Positions 1 to 10,770 of a DNA stretch of 64,000 nucleotides are shown in pieces; positions within the stretch are counted from its first letter, which is position 1; each line of letters starts with the position of its first letter. The notes beneath the pieces were generated by a model. It had not been told where the DNA came from. It saw only the letters and a program-made list of their open reading frames with translations, and did not search any database. Origin of the DNA: Eledone cirrhosa (lineage: Eukaryota); the NCBI GenBank assembly GCA_964016885.1, contig OZ024742.1:238886001-238950000 (forward strand), written 5' to 3'. A program made the position numbers and the translations under genes.

Positions 1-735
1 ATCTTTAGTTAAGTCAGGGTTCTTCATGGCAAATGCAAGGGCCTTATTGAGGAGGACAGGTGAAATTGATGAGTGGTTGTCATCAATATCGAACTGTATA
101 CATTTAGACGCTTTTTATCCACTATTTCATTAAACCACTCATTTGAATTCCCCCAAAGTTTTATTGATAACCTATTTTTTATTTGACTTAATACTCTATC
201 ATATATTTTTTTACTTGTACAATCTATATCTGATTTAGAAGGACATATGAGACTGATAATGGGGTTAGATTCAAAGTTATTTCTATGGTCTTTAAATTCT
301 GTTTGATTAGCTTGATCTAATTTCTTTACTATTTTACGACCTTCGTTGTTGGTGAATTTTTTTAGTTATTTAGTTATTTTGTATTTCTTCTGTAGTTCCT
401 AAAGTATAAATTTATTATAGATGTTAGTGTCCATGGAATATATATTACCAGTTTTATTATTCATGGTGTTTGGAGATTTTTTTGGAATTTGCTACAGTCT
501 TGGAGATTTGATATTACTAACTAAATTCAACAAATCCGTTACAAACGCTTCAAGGTGTGGGTGGTAGGGCAGAATTTTATAGATTTAAATCCAAAATTAT
601 TTTTCTTTGAATCGACGAATAAATTCATTGGTTTTATGATCATGTTCTTGTACGAGCAAATTGAATATTTTTTAGAGAGATGCATCTGTATTGTTTTTCC
701 ATAGTGTATTATATCTAAAAGTCTAAAGTCTGTCT
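1..735 (-). mobile_element. Degenerate Penelope-like element (Naiad-type), N-terminal/RT part, runs off window start
   Basis: Manual minus-strand translation gives FGFKSIKFCP..PHLEAFVTDLLNLVSNIK..FKDHRNNFESNPIISLICPSKSDI..LWGNSNEWF..CIQFDIDDNHSSISPVLLNKALAFA. This is colinear with ORF 4291 (LKDHKRNF..RLIAPSKSDIG..FIQMDITSYYSSITPNLLNKAF). Stops and frameshifts present. Confidence 0.85.
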
Positions 736-740
736 TAAGC

Positions 741-956
741 CAGAAGGCTCATTTGGCCGGTGCTTATCCCGGTTTCATGGCGTGAAGCGACTGAGAGTAC
801 AAGACTCCCCCCTGGACAGGACGCCAGTCCATCGCAGGGTTAAACCTCCAGCTATTGCTGGTACTCATTTTCAGTTGAGTATACTGGAGCAACGTGAAAT
901 GAAGTGTTTTGCTGAAGAACACAACACGCAACCCAGGAATCGAGCCCACGACATTA

Positions 957-958
<2 letters not shown>
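741..958 (-). mobile_element. tRNA-derived SINE, 5'-truncated, with V-domain-like core
   Basis: Minus strand has a B-box-like GGGCTCGATTCC, then TTGTGTTCTTCAGCAAAACACTT, CCTGCGATGGACTGGCGTCCTGTCCAGGG (resembles the V-SINE domain, from recall) and tail GAAACCGGGATAAGCACCGGCC. Confidence 0.7.
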
Positions 959-1001
<43 letters not shown>

Positions 1002-1610
1002 ATCTCGGGAATTTTACCCGCCCTAGATAGATATAAATATAATTCAGCGAGAATCGTATTTCGACTGGTAGAAAAAGCGAAACGTAACGCAAAATCGTAG
1101 AAATGCTGGCAAGCGCTCAATAGTTAAAAAAAATAGAGCTAAACAATATGTTAAAACGCCATACAAACTGAAAAAGTGGTTAAGAAGGCATTAACCACCT
1201 AAGACAAAAAACAAATCAAGCTAAACAGGTCAAACAAAATAAATGATAAAAACAGACCTGGACCCAAATGGAACTGGTGGTAAAATCCAAATGCAGGGTT
1301 TCTATGACACCTAAATCAATAATACTGTCTGCTTAAAACTATAAGCTTTCAGCATAAAGATCGAACAAGGAATATCACGTTATCAACAGGTAATTCTGCT
1401 CTGTAACCAACTTTGCGAGTGACGCAGAGAATAGTAAACGCACATGCGTAAATCACAAGAGGAAATTCCCCATATTTTGGCAAATGAATTCAGTATGTGT
1501 ATATCATACAAAAAATTGCATAGATAGCACAAATCGAATAAGCATTCAACCGGGTAGTTTTTTAAAATAAACTTATGCAATTAATCTGTCAATAGAATTA
1601 TTAACAGGTT

Positions 1611-1947
1611 TATAGCGAAGAACTCTAGCGGTATGAATGTAACAAGGAGACATGGTTTGTGTGTATAATATTTAATCAACAATTTAACAGTATAGTTGAC
1701 ATGTCAAAGAAATAGATGAAAGAATGAAGCAAAGTTAGTAGTTACCGTTTTGATTGCCAGGCAAACGCAGGCTGGCAGAAGACGCCTGGCGAGGGCCAGG
1801 CGCCGGAAGGGCAAATGAGAGGGAGAGAGCCGAAAGCTATTCGTTTTATAGGGCTCTGTCGGAAGTTACAGAAAGGGTTCTACTTCCCGTCTAGATGTTG
1901 TTAATCTATTGGGGTTGTGAGTCACAACAAGGGAGGCTACTGCTACA
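1611..1947 (-). repeat. 3' LTR
   Basis: Near-identical to 3270-3605. TATA-like CTATAAAA on the minus strand near 1843-1851. Confidence 0.9.
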
Positions 1948-3236
1948 TAACCTCCCGCCAGAATTTTAGAATATAAAAATCGAATGAAATATGTAGCAAG
2001 TTGGCGAGAATGTTGTAACAGGCATGAAAATTACGACAAAAGAATGTTTGCAAAAATCAATGATAGATATCAAGGTAGCCAACCGCTCTTGGCCAGAGAA
2101 CGACTGGACATCTATCTATCCATCACCAAAAGATACAATGTAATAACGTAAGAGAAGAGCTCAAAGTTCAAATGTACAAAATATAGTTCACAGGTGTGCA
2201 ATCACATGACAGCAGGAAAGAAAGTGTGTTCCAGAGAATGAATGCAGGTGGTTTCTGTTCTATGGTATATCGTGAAATTTCCAACCTCCGAATGGATTTT
2301 CTCACAGGAAGAGTGCTGCAAAAATAAATTCTCTGGCTTGTTCTGCTGGTTTTGGTTGTTGGTGAAGCTGTGTTGCTGTTGATGTTGTTGTCTCGCTGAG
2401 TGAGCGTATTTGGTGTTTAAATTCACAGTAAAAAAAAATTTTTTTTCGGAAAAAATGAGTTGCGCAAAGTGCTAGAAATAACAGCCGAAGTTGATGGTCG
2501 ATGTTGAGAATGCGTTGACCTGGAAGGGTCAAGAGGCCAGCGACCAAAGAAATAAGCATTCTGAATAAATGCGCAGTTTTCAACGGCAAATTTACGTGGT
2601 AAATTTTTAAACCGGCAAATAGGAGAATATAGCTTAAGGCTGAAGAAACCTTGGCGAGAAACGTTATTTCTGGCGTGCGGCTATCTCTGTGAGTCGAGAT
2701 ATCTCTGTGAGTCGAGAATTTGTGCTGCCTACACGTGCCAATACAAGGTTAAGTTAGGTTGAAAAAATAATATTTCTAACGCGCGAGAAAATGATAGTGC
2801 AAGTGTGAAAGTGACAATGATGAAAAAGAAAGGCTTCACTTAGCATAATTATTGGTGTGAACTTTGGAAAAAAAAAACTTGAACGATGAAGAAAACGATG
2901 AAAAAAAAAGGCAAGGGTTCATCGAAAATAAATGTTCCTGTTGAAATGTTTTTTTAAAAAATATCAAATTTCTTTTTTTTTTTTTTTGTTTTGAAAGTGT
3001 TCGTTGTAAGAAACGAGTAACATATATATATATCGTGAAATGCGACAGTTAGTTGATGCGTGAGAGAAAAAGTCTGTCTGTGCGAAAATTTCACATGTGC
3101 GTGGTGTGTTCGTTTCTTTGACTGAGTATTTTCATAGTTTGTCAATAAATTTGCTGTGTATTCGTAATGTTACTCACACAACACCAGATTCTGCTATCTT
3201 TTTCTTTTTTCGGGGTGACCACTTATAACAATGAAC

Positions 3237-3268
3237 GGCTGCGTGTTCGTATCACGTCAGGGTTACCA
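3237..3268 (-). promoter_or_regulatory. Primer-binding site complementary to tRNA-Trp (extended, 32 nt)
   Basis: Plus strand GGCTGCGTGTTCGTATCACGTCAGGGTTACCA matches the recalled metazoan tRNA-Trp(CCA) 3' end GGCTGCGTGTTCGAATCACGTCGGGGTCACCA at 29/32, including CCA. It lies 1 nt from the LTR. Confidence 0.85.
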
Positions 3269-3269
3269 A

Positions 3270-3605
3270 TATAGCGGGGAACTCGTGTGTATGAATGTAA
3301 CAAAGGGACAACGTTTGTGTGTATAATATTTAATTAACAATCTAACAGTATAGTTGACATGTCAAAGAAATAGATGAAAGAATGAAGCAAAGTTAGTAGT
3401 TACCGTTTTGATTGCCAGGCAAACGCAGGCTGGCAGAAGACGCCTGGTGATGGCCAGGCGCCGGAAGGGCAAATGAGAGGGAGAGAGCCGAAAGCTATTC
3501 GTTTTATAGGGCTCTGCCGGAAGTTACAGAAAGGGTTCTACTTCCCGTCTAGATGTTGTTAATCTATTGGGGTTGTGAGTCACAACAAGGGAGGCTACTG
3601 CTACA
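3270..3605 (-). repeat. 5' LTR
   Basis: Near-identical to 1611-1947 and followed on the minus strand by the PBS. Confidence 0.9.
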
Positions 3606-4049
3606 GGTTATTTGTAAGACTCGGGAGATTAATACAAATATAATTCAGCGAGAATCGTATTTCGGCTGCAGTCCAATCGCCATGACGGAGAGTGGGGCCG
3701 TGCAGCCTCCCCCTCCCCCCAATTCCCTCTAAATGACCCTCCCGGTCAAAGCCGCATGTAGTGTTATCTAGTGTGTGTGTGTTATCTTTTTATGTGTTTA
3801 CGATTTAGTAAGCAGCCAAAATTCTGCTTGCTTCAACCGACGCAATTGATCAACTCAAGATTCTGTAACGCATGCACGCACCCTTCGCCCCTGATATATA
3901 TATATATATATTGAAGAGTTAAACAAAATTCAATGAGTATATCAAAGAATGAGTTTTACAGTAGATTGGAAGCACTCTACGAAAAAAAATTTTCTGGAGT
4001 TATTAATATTAGAATATAAATATTAATAAAATAGATGTTCTTTTGATCA

Positions 4050-4112
4050 ATTACATTTTATTATACATATTTCGGATGTAGAACAGTACGTCCTCATCAG
4101 ACAAAATATAAT
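4050..4112 (-). ncRNA. Type I hammerhead ribozyme in inverted pLTR
   Basis: Reverse complement of 7554-7616 with one stem II change (GTACTGTTCTAC). Confidence 0.85.
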
Positions 4113-4290
4113 GATACATGATATACCCTGAGATGTTAAATGGTTAAGATTTAATCAGGGTAGTGATTAACCTAAGAGAAAATTTAACATTTATACCCTA
4201 ATAATGAGAAAATGCGAAAACGTAATAAATTCAATAGAGAATGTGTGAGAGAGAGGGAAATATGAGGGGGGGGGGGGTAATGTATGTAAC

Positions 4291-6156
4291 TTGATTTTAA
4301 AGGAACTTAGGAAAAATTACAAAAAAGCCCCGGCTGAGGATCTTACTGAAATTAATGAAGAAGCCTACAAATTAATTACCAATTTAGGAATAGAAGGAAG
4401 AACTGAGCCATTCTTACCTAGGCAGTCGAGGATTAACTTGAAGGATCATAAAAGAAACTTTGAGGAAGAGATGCCAGTTAGACTGATTGCTCCATCGAAA
4501 TCTGATATTGGAGTAATCAGTAAAAACATCATAGATAGAATATTACCCACTCTTAAATTGAGATCTAAGTTGAGCTTATGGAAAGATACAAACGAAGTCA
4601 TAGAATGGTACACAAATATAGAAAATAAGAAAAACCATAAATTCATCCAGATGGACATTACTAGCTACTATTCTTCCATAACACCTAACCTTCTTAATAA
4701 GGCTTTTCCATATGCTTATAAACATACTGATATAACCACGGATGAAATCGATATAATACTAACAGCCAGAAGAACTCTCATTAACTTCAACAACGAATAT
4801 TGGACCCGCGCAGATAGAGATAAAAACTTTGATATCACTATGGGGGCATCCGATTCCGCGCAAATCACAGATCTTCTGGGAATTTTCATATTAAATATGA
4901 TAAGTAGAAAACTGCCGGAGATTACCGGTGGTTTATATAGGGACGACATTTTATTTACGGTGGTCAAACACAACAATATAGAACTAAATAGAGTAAAGAA
5001 AAGTATAATAGAATTCTTTAAAATGTACAACCTTAAATTAGAAGTAGAAAATGGTACCAAAATAGTTAATTTCCTAGACGTTACCTTTAACTTAAACACT
5101 GGCTTCTATTACCCTTTTCATAAGCCCAATGAAAACTTAAACTATGTTAGTAACCATTCCAATCACCCTAAATCTGTAAAAAAAGCTATAGTAAATAGTG
5201 TGCAAAAACGAATTAATAAGATATCAGCCAATAAACATATATTCGATGAAAACGCAGAATACTACAGCAACGCGTTAAAAAGAGCAGTATATATGAATAA
5301 TATAGAATATGTAGATAATAATAATCCAAGTAGTAATCTTAATAAAAATAATAACATATATAAGAGAAACTCTATTAATTATAATTCCAACACCCATACG
5401 CCAAATAAATCGAGGATAAGAACTAGAACTTAACCAGTCATATGGTTTGCCCCCTCCCCTGCTTCTGTCGCAGTTAAAACACCAATCGCAAAATTATTCT
5501 TTAACGCTCTTGACACCTCTTTCCCTACTCAACATAAATACCATTCTATTTTTAATAGACATACCATTAAATTCTCGTATTCTACAACCAGTAACATGGC
5601 CCAAAACATCGCCAAATTAAACACTAAAATCCTAAAACAAAACCAGCATAATGATATTAATAATAGAGTTAACATAAATGATACTAAACCTAAATGTAAT
5701 TGTAGAAATAAAACTGATTGTCCTTTGCAAAATAATTGTTTAGATAGTAATTTGGTTTATAAATGCACCGTAAAAACTGATCACAATACATACAACTACA
5801 TAGGATCGACTTCTTCCACTTTTAAAGCCTGATTTGCGAACCATAAATGTTCATTCTCGAACTCAAAGAGGAAATCATCCACGTCTTTATCACAGCTCAT
5901 ATGGTCATTAAAAGAGAAGAATTTAAAATACTCCATTCTTTGGACAAAACTTCGGAATTGTGGAGTTTACCACAACTCTAGTATATCAAATAACTGCGTA
6001 CTCTGTACAATGGAGACCCTGTTGATTATTAATAACTACGAGACCCTAATTAACAAAAAAAGTGAATTATTCTCTAGTTGCCTCCATAAAGCTACGTCCT
6101 CATTCTTAGCCTCCCACAAAACGAGAAAAAAAGAGAGAGAAACATTAAACCATTAA
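4291..6156 (+). pseudogene. Penelope RT-GIY-YIG polyprotein, 5'-truncated, two in-frame stops (TAA 5431, TGA 5830)
   Basis: Single frame throughout. RT motifs QMDITSYY, TMGASDSA, LYRDD, FLDV. Then IWFAP, CNCRNKTDCPLQNNC (CxCx5C, Naiad-type), LVYKC..YIGST..FKA*F.NH, CVLCTME, NKKSELFSSCLH. Stop at 6154-6156. Confidence 0.92.
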
Positions 6157-7553
6157 AAACTTGGTTGTCAGACGTATAAAATCAACAAGGGAAAACTTTA
6201 GATATTGCACTATCTTATAACTATCTATAGAAGAAATAACGCTCGAATGAAAGACACTTGTTCAATAACATGCCGGAACATTGATACACATAACATTATT
6301 CTGTTGATTTTGATCCATACCATTATTTCTTTATTTCTCTATCCTCATCTTCCTACTTAAGTCTTAAATCTGAGTTTTATATCCAACCCTTACATCTTTA
6401 CTGAACTTATTTATAACTGTGAATTTTTCATGCGTTTCTGATCTCTTATTTATAATATGTATGTAATTATATTTTCTATGTTTTTAAATATACCTACCGC
6501 ATTCTTATATCCATGATTCAAATATAGAGCAAATATCCAAATTACAAATTATTATAAACATTATTTTGAACTATGAATTATCCATGCATTTATTATTGTT
6601 TTTCTTATATATATATATATATGTATTTAACTTTAACACGTAGAACTTTATTATATAAAATTATAACCGTTATCATTTACCTAAAGTATACTGTATCACT
6701 AATACCTAATATAAGATATATCCATATATAACTCCCTGTATCTTTCTATACATAATTTTCAGTTAACTTCTAAATTTTTTGATTGTTTTTACTTTGAGCT
6801 AGGAATAATTAATACATTTACACACGGTTATATATGGGTATATATTTAATTTTAACATGCCTCAATCTATTATTTTATTTTTATTTTATTTTCATTATCA
6901 TTTACCTAAAATATACTGGCTCATTAATTAATATATATCTATATACATAACCGTTATTTAAATTGTTCTAACAATAAGTACTTCAAAAGCTTTACATACC
7001 TAATACGTTGACAATGACTAACTTCATTAAAGATTACATTTAGGAAAATATTCAACAGTGTAAACTTTCCTTAATAATGGCCAGCTAAATCCTTTAAATC
7101 TTATCATCAAAAAAATTCAGAAGCTTAGAAGTGTTAACACAATTATAAAATTTACAAAACTAATATATAAATAACCACCAATTTAAAAAAAACCCCCGAA
7201 AATATTGATTCTTCACCCTAAGATAACATAAATTAAATATTTTCAAACTTAACCGTTTAACTTTCGGAAAAAAATCTCCTTCTTCATACATTACCCCCCT
7301 CATCTTTCCCTCTCTCTCACTGACTGTTATAATTCATGAAATGCTTTCCTAGATGAATTGTAGTATCATACATATTAAAATCTAGATAACTGGTACATTA
7401 AGCAACGTTTTTCTTACTCACACATTCTCTAGTGAATTTATTACGTTTTCGCATTTTCTCATTATTAGGGTATAAATGTTAAATTTTCTCTTAGGTTAAT
7501 CACTACCCTGATTAAATCTTAACCATTTAACATCTCAGGGTATGTCATGTATC

Positions 7554-7616
7554 ATTATATTTTGTCTGATGAGGACGTACTGTTGTACATCCGAAATATG
7601 TATAATAAAATGTAAT
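7554..7616 (+). ncRNA. Type I minimal hammerhead ribozyme in 3' pLTR
   Basis: Stem I ATTATATTTTGT/ATAAAATGTAAT (12 bp, 2 GU). Core CTGATGA (7566-7572). Stem II GGAcGTAC-TGTT-GTACaTCC, then GAAA. Self-complementary stem III TATGTA. Cleavage triplet AUA, cutting after 7604. Confidence 0.92.
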
Positions 7617-7651
7617 TGATCAAAAGAACATCCATTTTATTAATATTTATA

Positions 7652-7718
<67 letters not shown>

Positions 7719-7869
7719 CCACAAAATATTAGTAAACCATACTCGACGACCAGGGATTCACCTACCAGATTTTCAACCTGTGTGTGGTTGTAGTGAGAAC
7801 AGAAGTGTATATGAGCTGGATTCTGTGCAATGGACGGCGATAATTTTGGTGATAAGGGAGACAACTTAA

Positions 7870-8200
7870 GTTAGACTGGTGCAGATGGAGTCAATTTTCG
7901 TTTGAGTTAGTTCATCACGGATAAGATTTATGGCTATCTCGGGTCTTTGTAGTTACGTAACAAGTTTTTCCAGCATTGGGGTAGTGATAAAAAAAATCGG
8001 CCCTTGGGTTAAGGCAAGTACTCCACTGAATCGAGTAATTCACGTCTGCATCTTTGAGTGAGCATATGTGACTTGCTAGCTTCGTTGAAAATCGCTTGAT
8101 GAAACGTGCGTCCTTGAGTATAGTTTGTTAACTTGTTGAACTAACTATATACCGAACTCGTCCCCTGGACTGACTGCTCTGCTTACTATGGATATAACCT
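7870..8200 (-). pseudogene. Old Naiad-type GIY-YIG endonuclease remnant
   Basis: Minus-strand RYIVSSTS and STKLASHICSLKDADVNYSIQW resemble YIGSTSS and STSLSQLIWSLKEKNLKYSILW of the 4291 element. Confidence 0.55.
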
Positions 8201-8303
8201 CCCGGTTTTTTTAAAACACACACATACATATTTATATATGTGTATATATATATATATATAATAAGATATGTGATTATAGTGTAGTACTTCACTAATTTCT
8301 TTG

Positions 8304-8333
<30 letters not shown>

Positions 8334-8335
<2 letters not shown>

Positions 8336-8645
8336 ATTATTATTATGTAATAAACAACATAAGGCAATTATTCCATTTACCAGTGGTTTCTTAAAAGCAA
8401 AAGGTTTTGCTTTCAATCCTCAGAATGAAAAATCCTGGTTTGTTTATTGAATATGGATTCTAAAAACGAAAATGCAATCTATATGAAAGTGAGGCTGGAA
8501 AAGGGAGAAGGAAAGGAAAAATAAAATAAAATAAAACTACACATGCAAACACACACAAAAAAACACAAAAGCATACTTACACACACACACATATATACAC
8601 ATATAATTTGCACGCATACACATATACACATACACACATATACAC

Positions 8646-8690
<45 letters not shown>

Positions 8691-8779
8691 TACATACACA
8701 TACATATATAAAGAGCGTACACCTACACACACATACACATATATACACACATATACACATATATTCATACATACACACG

Positions 8780-8815
<36 letters not shown>

Positions 8816-8837
8816 TATATATACACATGTACATATC

Positions 8838-8879
<42 letters not shown>

Positions 8880-8902
8880 CATATACACACATATACACAT
8901 AT

Positions 8903-8942
<40 letters not shown>

Positions 8943-9650
8943 GTGTGTGTACAAGCCTACACATACACACACACATATATATACACACACATATACATAC
9001 ATTCACACAAACATACAACGTACATACATACACATACATGAATGCACTCCACTACATATTAACACACGCAAATAAATATAAGAAAAAAATATATAAATAA
9101 TATTAACAAATATTTGACAGCGATACATGTCCCAGCTAACAGGACAGACACGCGTGGTAAGTAATACACACATAAGCACATATACATACGTTCGAAATAG
9201 TAAACACATACACACACTCTCACACATAAATATACATATACAAATACATAAACACGTACATACACATACATACGCAAACACGTACACGTATACAATATAA
9301 ACACACACACGTATATGTAATTATATACACACACACACACATATACATATATATATATATATATACATACAAAAATATAAAAATATAAACGCACACACAC
9401 ATATAAATACGTAAACACACATATACATACATAGCTAAACAATTATACACATGCAAATACGTATATATCAAAAGAACGCACAACCAAATACAAACACACA
9501 CACATATATACACACACACACACCCACACACAAACCCACACTTACATAAAAATAAATAAAAACACACGCAACATATACATACATACACATACATATACAC
9601 ATATACATATATACATACACATATATATATATACACATATATATACATAA

Positions 9651-9682
<32 letters not shown>

Positions 9683-9923
9683 ACGTACACATACACACAT
9701 GCATACACATACACACACACATATACATGTGTGTATGTGTAAAGCTCAGTATTAGATAAGACAAATGAACCTTACATAAACGTATATATAGTAGTAAAGT
9801 AATAAAGCCATACAAGGCAATTAATCCATTCACCAGAGGTTTCTTAAAAGCAAAAAAATATGTGTGTATATATGTGTATGTGTGTGTAGGTGTACGCTCT
9901 TTATATATGTATGTGTATGTATA

Positions 9924-9974
<51 letters not shown>

Positions 9975-10351
9975 GTGTATATGTGTGTATGTGTATATGT
10001 GTATGCGTGCAAATTATATGTGTATATATGTGTGTGTGTGTAAGTATGCTTTTGTGTTTTTTTGTGTGTGTTTGCATGTGTAGTTTTATTTTATTTTATT
10101 TTTCCTTTCCTTCTCCCTTTTCCAGCCTCACTTTCATATAGATTGCATTTTCGTTTTTAGAATCCATATTCAATAAACAAACCAGGATTTTTCATTCTGA
10201 GGATTGAAAGCAAAACCTTTTGCTTTTAAGAAACCACTGGTAAATGGAATAATTGCCTTATGTTGTTTATTACATAATAATAATAATTAAGCTCTGTTGC
10301 TTACATAGAGCACTCTTTTTTCCTGGACTTTTCCGATGGAATTACTTCATT
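8334..10351 (-). mobile_element. Non-coding Penelope-derived element: ~420-bp inverted repeat, short direct repeat and microsatellite-like body
   Basis: 8334-8753 is the reverse complement of ~9859-10289. ~9790-9857 is a diverged direct copy of 8340-8402. Hammerhead-like core at 10197-10225, with its mirror in the left arm. (TA)n on both sides. Confidence 0.65.
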
Positions 10352-10368
10352 TATATATATATATATGC

Positions 10369-10446
<78 letters not shown>

Positions 10447-10588
10447 TGGGTTAATCGAACAGGGATGTGTGTGCGGACCACATTTTTTTGGTTTGTCGGT
10501 TGTGAAGCAGATAAAAAGAAGCGTTCAACGACCTGTATAAATGGTGCAGGGGGCCGGCCGAACCCGTGGTGTTATTTCTTCGACGGCC

Positions 10589-10770
10589 TGGTGGATTGGC
10601 AGTATCGGTAGAGGGTCGGACGCCATGCTTTCCAGCATAGTTACGTCCCTTTACGATCTGAGTTCAAATCCCGCCGAGGTTGACTTTGCCTTTCATCCTT
10701 ACGGGGTCGATAAAATAAAGTACCAGTAATGCACTGGATAATTGCTGGCCTTGTGCCTAAAGTAGAAACA
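10589..10770 (+). mobile_element. tRNA-derived SINE (Meta-domain-like family)
   Basis: A-box-like TGGCAGTATCGG, B box GAGTTCAAATCC, core GCCTTTCATCCTTACGGGGTCGATAAAATAAAGTACCAG. 18-bp TSD GTTATTTCTTCGACGGCC (10571-10588, 10771-10788). Confidence 0.92.

Larger units (their letters stand above)
1611..3605 (-). mobile_element. Non-autonomous LTR retrotransposon (Gypsy-type, TRIM/LARD-like)
   Basis: Two ~336-bp direct repeats (1611-1947, 3270-3605) with termini TGTAGC...GCTATA on the minus strand. 4-bp TSD GGTT (1607-1610, 3606-3609). PBS next to the 5' LTR, and purine tract GGCGGGAGG next to the 3' LTR. The 1.3-kb interior has no recognisable gag/pol. Confidence 0.9.
3911..7657 (+). mobile_element. 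Penelope-like element (Naiad-type), 5'-truncated with inverted pseudo-LTR, flanked by (TA)n
   Basis: RT+GIY-YIG ORF. 4006-4286 is the reverse complement of ~7285-7660. Hammerhead in both copies. (TA)n at 3894-3910 and 7658-7702. Confidence 0.93.

Noticed and set aside
3237-3268. tRNA gene
   Set aside because: Only the 3' 32 nt with encoded CCA, adjacent to an LTR; it is a PBS.
5830-5832. In-frame TGA in a Naiad ORF as possible selenocysteine (reported for some Naiads)
   Set aside because: It falls at the conserved GIY-YIG Arg (FKxR), consistent with CGA>TGA decay. Conserved Cys codons are TGT/TGC, a TAA stop also interrupts the ORF, and no SECIS was found.
7321-7421. pLTR indel as a spliced intron or SECIS
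   Set aside because: No register gives GT..AG ends on either strand that I could find. The ATGA..ATGA hairpin is too short and lacks the apical AA geometry of a SECIS.
8479-10141. Many 60-186 aa ORFs rich in Y/I/V/C/H/T
   Set aside because: Translations of TA/CA/TG low-complexity sequence. The same applies to ORFs at 18.1-18.6, 22.8-23.1, 23.7-25.3 and 53.5-53.8 kb.
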